This document shows positions 24,755 to 31,462 of a stretch of DNA of 35,188 nt, piece after piece (position 1 is the first letter of the stretch; each line of letters starts with the position of its first letter). This DNA is from a virus. Its lineage: Duplodnaviria > Caudoviricetes. The translations under genes and the position numbers were made by a program. The stretch is from the IMG/VR virus record IMGVR_UViG_3300032218_000348, positions 1 to 35,188 of that record; one strand, given 5' to 3'. The notes under the pieces are model-generated. The model was not told the DNA's origin. It saw nothing but the letters and a program-made list of their open reading frames with translations, and searched no databases.

Positions 24755-25370
24755 AATCATTATCAACCCAAGGCTTTAAGCCACCCATCAACCTAACAAG
24801 TTTGCGTATTACTCTCGTTGTACGCATGCGAGTAGCGTCAGGGCTAACGAGCTCAAGCTCTTTGGCTATGTCTGCATACTCCATAGACTCTGCATATCGT
24901 AAGAAGAGTAACTGTTTATCTTCAGTGCTTAACTTATGGTATGCGGAGTCTACTTCTATCATCATAGCCTGTAGATTACCGCCCTCGCTAGGCACGCTAG
25001 GCCTTCCTGGCCTACCAAGATTAAGCTTATGAGTTACACCCCACTCACCGCGCAACACGGCAGGAAGCAGTGCCTCAACTATTACTGGGTCATAGTAATA
25101 CAAATCAGATACATCGTAGCCAAGAGACTTGGCCTTTTGATACTGACAATAATCTAATGCGTAGTTGCGAAGGCTACGGTAAATAAGGTTCTTTGCTTCC
25201 TTACCACCTATCTCATTCCATTCCATAAACTTATTTATGTGTCCAGGAAACCACTCGTATAGTGTCTGACGTATATCTTCAAGTTCAAGAAACTTAAATT
25301 TTCTGTGATACTCGCTGGCTACATGTACTACTATGTATTCCCAGGGTTCAATTAGCTTCCAGTCCATCAT
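24702..25370 (-). CDS. Phage RNA polymerase sigma-70-like factor (regions 2 and 4)
   Basis: ELEDIRQ...LIYRSLRNYALDY (region 2); LSTEDKQLLFLRY...YADIAKEL...ATRMR..R (region 4 HTH). Confidence 0.75.
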   Translation of the reverse strand: MMDWKLIEPWEYIVVHVASEYHRKFKFLELEDIRQTLYEWFPGHINKFMEWNEIGGKEAKNLIYRSLRNYALDYCQYQKAKSLGYDVSDLYYYDPVIVEALLPAVLRGEWGVTHKLNLGRPGRPSVPSEGGNLQAMMIEVDSAYHKLSTEDKQLLFLRYAESMEYADIAKELELVSPDATRMRTTRVIRKLVRLMGGLKPWVDNDFKDTKETEEIEDSSEEA

Positions 25371-25761
25371 CAACTTTCTCATTCTTATACTTGCGACTCA
25401 TGGTTAGTAAATCTTCTACTGTAATTAGATAGCCCTTGCTCTTGTTAGGTGGTATCTCGCACGAGATTTCTCTGCCTAATTCAAGCACACCCTTCTTCAG
25501 GATATGCGTTGGTACAATAACAACTGTTTGCTCGAGTACGAACGCCCAGTATGCAGCCTCAGTAACTGATAAGCCTGACGGCTCCCATGATTTAGACTTC
25601 ATGAACCAACACTCAACCTCAATGTAAAGGTTGTTAGTAATCCACCATTTTCTATCACGCTTTACTTCGACAGTTTTACCACCAGTAAGTAGTTCTTCTA
25701 CTAGCTTCTCACCCTTACGGCCATAGCCGAAGTCCAAATCAAACGATGACTTATTAGTCAT
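25348..25761 (-). CDS. Putative PD-(D/E)XK nuclease-like protein (137 aa)
   Basis: GE..V...TVEVKRD...NLYIE...SGL..T.A.YW pattern. Confidence 0.55.
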   Translation of the reverse strand: MTNKSSFDLDFGYGRKGEKLVEELLTGGKTVEVKRDRKWWITNNLYIEVECWFMKSKSWEPSGLSVTEAAYWAFVLEQTVVIVPTHILKKGVLELGREISCEIPPNKSKGYLITVEDLLTMSRKYKNEKVDDGLEAN

Positions 25762-26116
25762 TAGGCCACTTACCTCTCAGTACTAGCAACCCGATGATTG
25801 CGTAGTTTGCCATGTCCTTGAAAGAATCCTCAAGGCTTTCGTGCTGTGGGTCTTTGCCATTATCTACTAGGTTATTAATACGTGCAAACTTATCCCACAT
25901 GCGCACACGTAGGCCATTAACTGGCCCACCTGGGCTACGTGAAATGTTAGTCGGACCATAATCATTGTGCTTGCTAAGCAATAGGTCAGCCAGTTCCTGA
26001 AAGGTAGACGCTACATCGTATGCGAAATCCGAATCTCTAGTACCAACTGTTGGTTCTCCGTGCGTACTTGCGTCACCGTAAAACCTTGATTCGCCAGGAG
26101 CTGGGTAATCTGCCAT
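25754..26116 (-). CDS. Nucleotide modification-associated domain 1 (DUF1599-like) all-alpha protein
   Basis: K..DYG, RMWDKFARI.NL, ESLEDSFKDMANYAII. Confidence 0.75.
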   Translation of the reverse strand: MADYPAPGESRFYGDASTHGEPTVGTRDSDFAYDVASTFQELADLLLSKHNDYGPTNISRSPGGPVNGLRVRMWDKFARINNLVDNGKDPQHESLEDSFKDMANYAIIGLLVLRGKWPND

Positions 26117-26122
26117 ATCAAT

Positions 26123-26458
26123 TCACTCTCCACCTTCGAGTAACTGTTTAAGTTCATCATCTATTTCCGCCATGCTGGAACCTACAATCATATCTTCAAT
26201 GACCTCAACAACTGTTGATGGTTCCATCTCAACAGTAAAGAGAGTCATGTACGTATCTTGTGCTACATTTTTAATCTTCTCGGGTTCATCAGCATAACGA
26301 TAGAAGCAACGCAACAATGAACCAATCATCAGGCGATAGCCATTAGGTAGGATAAGTGCTGGGTCAAACTCTTCATCTTCCTCAAGCAGATGGTCTGTTG
26401 CATCAAACACATTATCAAACTGCTCGCCACATTCGGGGCATGGTTTAATCGGCTTCAT
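26123..26458 (-). CDS. C2H2-like Zn-finger hypothetical protein (111 aa)
   Basis: CPECGEQF.....DHL; acidic C-terminus ending EIDDELKQLLEGGE. Confidence 0.65.
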   Translation of the reverse strand: MKPIKPCPECGEQFDNVFDATDHLLEEDEEFDPALILPNGYRLMIGSLLRCFYRYADEPEKIKNVAQDTYMTLFTVEMEPSTVVEVIEDMIVGSSMAEIDDELKQLLEGGE

Positions 26459-27077
26459 TAGTTAGCCCTGCTTTCTCTCGGATATAGTCTGCACCGAACT
26501 TGACGTAGATAGAATTAACATCTTCGCCGTCTGGCATGGAGACGATAGTAACTGGAAGTTCTCGGGCAAGCCCTGCTGCAAATTCTTTTCCAGGCTGGTC
26601 GCCGTCAGCGAATACAAATACTCTTTCAAAATCTGCGAGCAATCTTGTGTAGTGTTTCTTCCATGAGTTCGAACCTGGAACTCCAACACAAGGGATACCG
26701 ACGCATCTACTGAGCGTGATTGTATCAAGCTCTCCTTCACATACGCCAATCCAATCACCCGCCCTTTCAATATCTAGTACGTTGTACATCTTAGTGTCAC
26801 TACCAGTCATGCCCATGTACTTGGGCTCAACTGCTGGGTTCAAACTTCTAAATCTAATATCAACTACACCAGTCTTAGTTACATACGGTATAGCTAAGCG
26901 TCCAAGGTATGCTTCATGTCCTATCTCAGGCTCCGCGACTACGCCTAATCGAGCCAGCCGTGCTACTTCTATTGGAATGCCCCTGCTTGCTAGGTAGGCT
27001 TCGGCCTGATAAATGCTTTCCTGGTACTTGCGGGTTGCTTGCCCCAGCAAATCCTTCTGCGATTCTGACTGCTTCAC
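26445..27077 (-). CDS. DNA primase, TOPRIM catalytic part
   Basis: YLASRGI, RLAIPY, PKY, VCEGELD, FADGDQPG, DVN. Confidence 0.88.
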   Translation of the reverse strand: MKQSESQKDLLGQATRKYQESIYQAEAYLASRGIPIEVARLARLGVVAEPEIGHEAYLGRLAIPYVTKTGVVDIRFRSLNPAVEPKYMGMTGSDTKMYNVLDIERAGDWIGVCEGELDTITLSRCVGIPCVGVPGSNSWKKHYTRLLADFERVFVFADGDQPGKEFAAGLARELPVTIVSMPDGEDVNSIYVKFGADYIREKAGLTNEAD

Positions 27078-27291
27078 GTATGTTAACTCCCTCCTGCATA
27101 GCTACGATTTGTAAACTATTTCCTTGTACTCCACATGCAAAACACATAAAGATATTCTTATCTAAGTTAACTGTCCCTGACTGGTGACTATCACCATGGA
27201 ATGGACACATTAGGTTAGCTTGCCCATGGTCACGACGTAGCGTTGCACCGTAGTGCTCAAGCACAGCCTTGATTGGAGGCAAATCATTCAC
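26926..27291 (-). CDS. DNA primase, CHC2 zinc-binding part
   Basis: CPFHGD....S......F.CFACG..GN; overlaps the TOPRIM ORF in another frame. Confidence 0.85.
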   Translation of the reverse strand: MNDLPPIKAVLEHYGATLRRDHGQANLMCPFHGDSHQSGTVNLDKNIFMCFACGVQGNSLQIVAMQEGVNIREAVRIAEGFAGASNPQVPGKHLSGRSLPSKQGHSNRSSTAGSIRRSRGA

Positions 27292-27655
27292 CAAAAATAT
27301 CCCCTAACCTTAATACTAAATATGAATCTGCTATCGACTTACCTCTTGCCTTGATTACTATCGCTGGAAGAATGCTTTCCCTCTTAAGGCCTCTAGCGTC
27401 TGCGTAATTGTCCGCCTCGACCTGTGCTTCTTTGCTCCAGCCACTAAGGCTGATTGCATTGCCAGCACCTGGTGCTTTGCATTCAAGGATGCCAATGGTT
27501 CCTCCAATGAAATCTTTGCGGACAACAACATCCCCTTCATCTTTGCTACCTCTCCTTGCAAGTCGTTCAGCGTCGTATCCAATTGCTCTAAAATATTTTG
27601 TGATGTCTGTTTCATATGTTGCTCCTCTAGCCTTATGGCTTTTCCTAGTTGTCAT
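27284..27655 (-). CDS. Holliday junction resolvase (Hjc-like PD-(D/E)XK)
   Basis: KARGATYE, DEGDV, ILECK. Confidence 0.75.
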   Translation of the reverse strand: MTTRKSHKARGATYETDITKYFRAIGYDAERLARRGSKDEGDVVVRKDFIGGTIGILECKAPGAGNAISLSGWSKEAQVEADNYADARGLKRESILPAIVIKARGKSIADSYLVLRLGDIFGE

Positions 27656-27782
27656 CTGCCCAATCCGATAGCCTGCAATCCTTGCACAAAATTATTGGAT
27701 ACCGTACTCCAATCTTTAAATATGCCCACTCATTGCACCCAGACCTCTGACACTTGCGTCGATATGCTCCGTTGGATAACAT
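27645..27782 (-). CDS. Zn-finger microprotein (45 aa)
   Basis: Not in ORF track. TAATG coupling with the helicase; MLSNGAYRRKCQRSGCNEW...LCKDCR...DDN*. Confidence 0.6.
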   Translation of the reverse strand: MLSNGAYRRKCQRSGCNEWAYLKIGVRYPIILCKDCRLSDWADDN

Positions 27783-28564
27783 TATGCGTTCTCTGGAATA
27801 TCATCAATGAACATATACTCAGGGTTGAATGCAACCCAAGTCATTAGTCCCCCGCCTGCATCGGCACGACCATATCTGTTCTTGACAGGCGCAACTCCCA
27901 TACTTGTCCCGACAACTCCAAGCGTACAGATGAGTGCGGGAAGTTGTGCAACCTTTCCTTGGATAGCACTTCTAGGTTGGCACGGAGAGCCTTGGATAGC
28001 CTCCGATGTATGATGTAAGACGACAACTGCTGCATTGGTTGCTCTAGCAAGGTATTTCAACTCCTTCATAATCGCACGCATAGATGCGAACTCTTCACCA
28101 CCATCGGTGGCTACGTCCATTAGGTTATCTACTACAATAAGAACTGGAGCACAGCCCCATAGTTCTTCAAATGCTTGTACTTCTTCATCAATGTCTTGCA
28201 ATGATGGTGCTGATTCAAATGACCATACAATGTGTGCGCCTCGGGCAAGTGTAGCCTTAGTCCAACCATGGTCAGTATTCATGAGTGACTCTACATCACC
28301 TTGTGACTTACCTGAAATCATTGAGGCTAATCGCATAGCCATAGTGTGTGCGTTAGTATCTGCTGAGATATAAAGTGTCGGCACTCTCATCTTCAAAGCT
28401 AATGCTAATGCCAGGGTTGACTTGCCCACTCCTGGTGCTGCTGCAAACATCGAAACTTCAGAGCGCCGTATGATAATCTTATTGGATTCGAACGCTTTGA
28501 AACAACTAGGGAGCGGTTCTCCACCGATACTGGCACGGCCAACGCTTCTGACAAGTGTACGCAT
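27782..28564 (-). CDS. DnaB-like (RecA-fold SF4) replicative helicase, motor domain only
   Basis: Walker A AAPGVGKST, IVVDNL, LKYLAR...VVVLHH, KNRYG. Confidence 0.85.
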   Translation of the reverse strand: MRTLVRSVGRASIGGEPLPSCFKAFESNKIIIRRSEVSMFAAAPGVGKSTLALALALKMRVPTLYISADTNAHTMAMRLASMISGKSQGDVESLMNTDHGWTKATLARGAHIVWSFESAPSLQDIDEEVQAFEELWGCAPVLIVVDNLMDVATDGGEEFASMRAIMKELKYLARATNAAVVVLHHTSEAIQGSPCQPRSAIQGKVAQLPALICTLGVVGTSMGVAPVKNRYGRADAGGGLMTWVAFNPEYMFIDDIPENA

Positions 28565-28591
28565 GGTTTATTCCCTTCTGTAAGGATAGAA

Positions 28592-28626
28592 CGTAGCCAC
28601 CATTGCGGTGTGTAACGATGGCTACG
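28592..28626 (-). terminator. Hairpin after the SSB-like gene
   Basis: CGUAGCCAUCGUU / AAUGGUGGCUACG 13-bp stem followed by UUCUAUCCUU. Confidence 0.6.
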
Positions 28627-28638
28627 CTCAATCATATC

Positions 28639-29058
28639 TTAGTTAACTGGCTTGCATTGGTCAGGCGTGCCCTGTGGTGTTGGACATGCCCAGAAAGCGT
28701 AAGGCTTCCCACTTGTCTTGCTCACTCCCTGTCGGAAGATTCGTGCCCCGTGGATGCACGTCGGGCTTGCTGTCCCTGCTGGCGTTACCGCTGACGGTGG
28801 TGCTCCAACGGATGCTGCTGCCTGCTGGATTGGAGCGGAGAATTGCGAGGGCATTGTGCCTGCTGTTGAACCAGTGGTCCCCAAAGGGGCTGCGTTGTAT
28901 GCACCAACAATCAATCGCTGTACTGATGCAACCTGTGTTGAGTAATCTCCAACACCTTCAAGCAATACACTTAGTTCGTCGGCCGTATTGGCACGCACGT
29001 TAATCATATCCCCTGCTGGTGTCTTATAGGAGACTTGTAGTTTCCAGTCTTCGTTCAT
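28639..29058 (-). CDS. Putative ssDNA-binding/recombination accessory protein with C-terminal Zn site
   Basis: Between exonuclease and helicase; low-complexity linker; CIHG...WAC....QC. Confidence 0.5.
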   Translation of the reverse strand: MNEDWKLQVSYKTPAGDMINVRANTADELSVLLEGVGDYSTQVASVQRLIVGAYNAAPLGTTGSTAGTMPSQFSAPIQQAAASVGAPPSAVTPAGTASPTCIHGARIFRQGVSKTSGKPYAFWACPTPQGTPDQCKPVN

Positions 29059-29061
29059 CTG

Positions 29062-29667
29062 TTATCCTATCTTAGTTGAGAACTGACAATGTGCGGTCAG
29101 CCCACACTTGTATTGGCAATTGTTTGTATTGGGCAAGAAGATACCTGCCTTACGTGCTTTGTCAAACCCTGATACTAAATACTCCAGCTTCTCCTCTGTG
29201 TACTGTTCAAGGCTAACTAACGGTGACACGCCGTGTTGGCGTGACATGAAGTATGTTCCCCACTTGATATCTATACCAAAGGTTTTCATCAAACCAATCT
29301 TATAGAAACCAAGCTGTAGTGTATTGGAAGGCGTAGCCTGTGATGTCTTCAAGTCTACGATGACTAAGTCACCATTAACTTCAAACACCCTATCAAGAAT
29401 CATCTTGACTGGTACACCAGCAAACTCGGGAATCATTTCGAGTTCGATAGCTGGAACACCTTGCGGTGTCTTCCATATCTTCCAATCGGTATTGGCTTGT
29501 CGCCATTCAATGTAGGCTTGTACCCAACGAGGACCAGCTTCGTGCCAAAAAGCTTCGTTCTCTTTATTGGGGTTAGCTTTAGTAGCCCTGCCACCAACAC
29601 GTGCGTTGGTTAGGTCAGTTGTACCAAGCTCATCGGCCCATGCTCTAGCCCATAGTTCCTGTATCAT
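29062..29667 (-). CDS. Cas4/RecB-like PD-(D/E)XK exonuclease, C-terminal part (201 aa)
   Basis: ATG 29667 after GGAG; IE...ILDRV...IVDLKT...QLGFY; C-terminal CQYKC.....C. Confidence 0.82.
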   Translation of the reverse strand: MIQELWARAWADELGTTDLTNARVGGRATKANPNKENEAFWHEAGPRWVQAYIEWRQANTDWKIWKTPQGVPAIELEMIPEFAGVPVKMILDRVFEVNGDLVIVDLKTSQATPSNTLQLGFYKIGLMKTFGIDIKWGTYFMSRQHGVSPLVSLEQYTEEKLEYLVSGFDKARKAGIFLPNTNNCQYKCGLTAHCQFSTKIG

Positions 29668-29852
29668 GCATTCTCCAAGTCCCATAGTTCGGTTGCTCGG
29701 TGGAATGCTGAACCACCTACCGACCAAACAGATGGTTCCTCTGGTATCATCATCAATCTACCAAGGTAGTACTGATAACCACAGTCGACATAAGTCGAGA
29801 ATGCTGAGTATGAAACATGCTCAGGTAGTTTATATTCTCCAAGTTGTATCAT
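29664..29852 (-). CDS. Cas4/RecB-like exonuclease, N-terminal part (62 aa)
   Basis: HVSYSAFSTYVDCGYQYYL...GSAFH: the S.S...C....G...H N-terminal signature of the PDDEXK_1 family; ends in an ATGA overlap. Confidence 0.78.
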   Translation of the reverse strand: MIQLGEYKLPEHVSYSAFSTYVDCGYQYYLGRLMMIPEEPSVWSVGGSAFHRATELWDLENA

Positions 29853-29856
29853 CGTG

Positions 29857-29890
29857 GGTGTAGTATAGCATTGGTCAGGGTCTATGCAGG
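29857..29890 (-). promoter_or_regulatory. Promoter of the replication operon (near-leaderless)
   Basis: Extended -10 TGCTATACT 9 nt before ATG 29852; no RBS; weak -35. Confidence 0.6.
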
Positions 29891-29924
29891 TAAGCAGCCT
29901 ACCTGCACGGGTCAGGTTCATCTG

Positions 29925-29998
29925 TATAATTAAATAATAATATATTATAAAGACCCCAAAGGGGTCTTATATATATTATAATATATATATTATAATAG
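29925..29998. promoter_or_regulatory. AT-rich tract with central GC-rich inverted repeat (possible origin or divergent promoter)
   Basis: AAGACCCC-AAA-GGGGTCTT flanked by TATA-rich arms. Confidence 0.45.
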
Positions 29999-30006
29999 GG
30001 GATAAA

Positions 30007-30156
30007 ATGACTGAAATAATTGTAGGCTCGCTAGCTGCGCTAGCAATTCGTGACATCGTGTACGAAGCAGTTGAACGATACAACCACTACCGACGACACA
30101 AGGACTTCGAAGTATTCGTTGACCTGCTTGAAGACATTGACGCTGACGAAAATTAA
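30007..30156 (+). CDS. Small hypothetical protein with hydrophobic N-terminus (49 aa)
   Basis: Not in ORF track. GGGGGA RBS; MTEIIVGSLAALAIRDIVYEAVERY...DADEN*. Confidence 0.6.
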   Translation: MTEIIVGSLAALAIRDIVYEAVERYNHYRRHKDFEVFVDLLEDIDADEN

Positions 30157-30250
30157 ATAATATTTGCCTGGAATATAAGCCTGTGGTCGGCTGAATGGTG
30201 AGGCGAATATATCTCTGTAGAAGGCGTACGATTCCTATCGCCGAAAACAC

Positions 30251-30298
30251 AAAAGGACCCCCTTCCATAGCAGTGATGCTAGGGTTGGGGGTCTTCTT
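30251..30298. terminator. Probable bidirectional intrinsic terminator ending the late operon
   Basis: AAAAGGACCCCC...TAGCA-GTGA-TGCTA...GGGGGTCTTCTT. Confidence 0.7.
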
Positions 30299-30335
30299 GT
30301 CTCTATGGCCCAGCTAAGGGCCTATATGAGGTGGT

Positions 30336-30530
30336 TTACTTCTTGCTTCCGATGCCAAATTCCTTGGCCTTAGGGTCGAGAGCCTTCCAAATTGGCGCGA
30401 TGAACGCTGATAGGAAAGCATAAACCAAAGCTTTAGGGTCTGTAGTGCCTGATGCATATAGAGCTACTACTGTAGGTACTGCTGCACGTGCATAGGTTGT
30501 TACGATTGCTGCGATTTTTTCGGTATTCAT
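30336..30530 (-). CDS. Putative holin (64 aa)
   Basis: Two hydrophobic segments; basic C-terminus ALDPK..EFG; directly after the endolysin. Confidence 0.65.
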   Translation of the reverse strand: MNTEKIAAIVTTYARAAVPTVVALYASGTTDPKALVYAFLSAFIAPIWKALDPKAKEFGIGSKK

Positions 30531-30538
30531 GTATCTCC

Positions 30539-31048
30539 TTAGGATTTAAAGACAGGCTTACCAAATCCCACGACGTACACAGGTAGTGACTTCTTGAGAG
30601 CTGGGCCGTTCTTTACTTTGTAAGCACGCTTCTTGAGGCAAACTTCTCCTCCGTTGCGCTGGTCGCCCTTCTTATCTGGGCTTGTGTTGCCTTCGATACA
30701 GATGACTGTTCCGTCACCGTTATCTCGGACCACGATTCCAACATGACTAATGCGGTCAATGCCATCATTGGGAAAGTCAAAGAAAACAATATCCCCAGGA
30801 AGAGGAGTTGCTTCATCTACTTTTTCCCAAGCGTTCTTTTTAATGAAAGCTTGAGCTCCCGCCAACGTGCCGACCACATTAGGAATCTTAAGTCCCACTT
30901 CATTTGCACACCACATTACGAACGAGCCACACCAAGGTAGGAAGTTAGCCTTAGTGAAAGCACCGTACTTAGTCTCGTTATCTTTAGGTCCTTCAATGAC
31001 ACCGACTTCCTCACGTGCCACCTTAATAAAGTCATTACGCTGACCCAT
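30539..31048 (-). CDS. Endolysin, CHAP-domain amidase/peptidase
   Basis: PWCGSFV (Cys), PGDIVFF, SHVGIV (His), IEGNT. Confidence 0.88.
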   Translation of the reverse strand: MGQRNDFIKVAREEVGVIEGPKDNETKYGAFTKANFLPWCGSFVMWCANEVGLKIPNVVGTLAGAQAFIKKNAWEKVDEATPLPGDIVFFDFPNDGIDRISHVGIVVRDNGDGTVICIEGNTSPDKKGDQRNGGEVCLKKRAYKVKNGPALKKSLPVYVVGFGKPVFKS

Positions 31049-31049
31049 A

Positions 31050-31292
31050 TTAGTCCGCCTTCTTTGAGTCTACCTTAGCAAAGGCAGCGTTGATTTCATC
31101 TGCATCTAGCTTGCCATCAGCAAGGAAGAAGCGAGCTAACGCTTCGATTACTGTGGCTGCACCTAATGCACCAGCTAATACGGCTGCTTGCCATACTTCG
31201 ATACCGACTAGAGAGCCAGCACCGATGACACCAAGAGATTCAGCTGCGATTACCGCAACGATTCTCATCATTACATTTTTAAATGTATCCAT
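31050..31292 (-). CDS. Small membrane protein (80 aa), holin-like
   Basis: Two TM-like segments; C-terminal DGKLDADEIN. Confidence 0.6.
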   Translation of the reverse strand: MDTFKNVMMRIVAVIAAESLGVIGAGSLVGIEVWQAAVLAGALGAATVIEALARFFLADGKLDADEINAAFAKVDSKKAD

Positions 31293-31462
31293 TATTCGTC
31301 CTCTGAGTTTCTTAGTTTGTATGTAACTCCCCAGATGATTGTCGATGCAGCAATTGCATACCCAACAACCGTCTTGGCAGAACCGTCAAGGACTACCCAG
31401 GCAATGAACATGCCGAGGAGAGTCCACAATTGATTTGCTATGTCTGAAAAGAACTTCTTCAT
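31292..31462 (-). CDS. Small two-TM membrane protein (56 aa)
   Basis: Not in ORF track. MKKFFSDIANQLWTLLGMFIAWVVLDGSAKTVVGYAIAASTIIWGVTYKLRNSEDE*; ATGA and TAATG coupling. Confidence 0.7.
   Translation of the reverse strand: MKKFFSDIANQLWTLLGMFIAWVVLDGSAKTVVGYAIAASTIIWGVTYKLRNSEDE

Noticed and set aside
21225-29680. Shared C-terminal ENA on the amidoligase, helicase and exonuclease N-fragment as a degron
   Set aside because: Largely explained by GAG(AA)-type RBS and stop/start overlaps encoded in gene ends; three residues are too weak a signal
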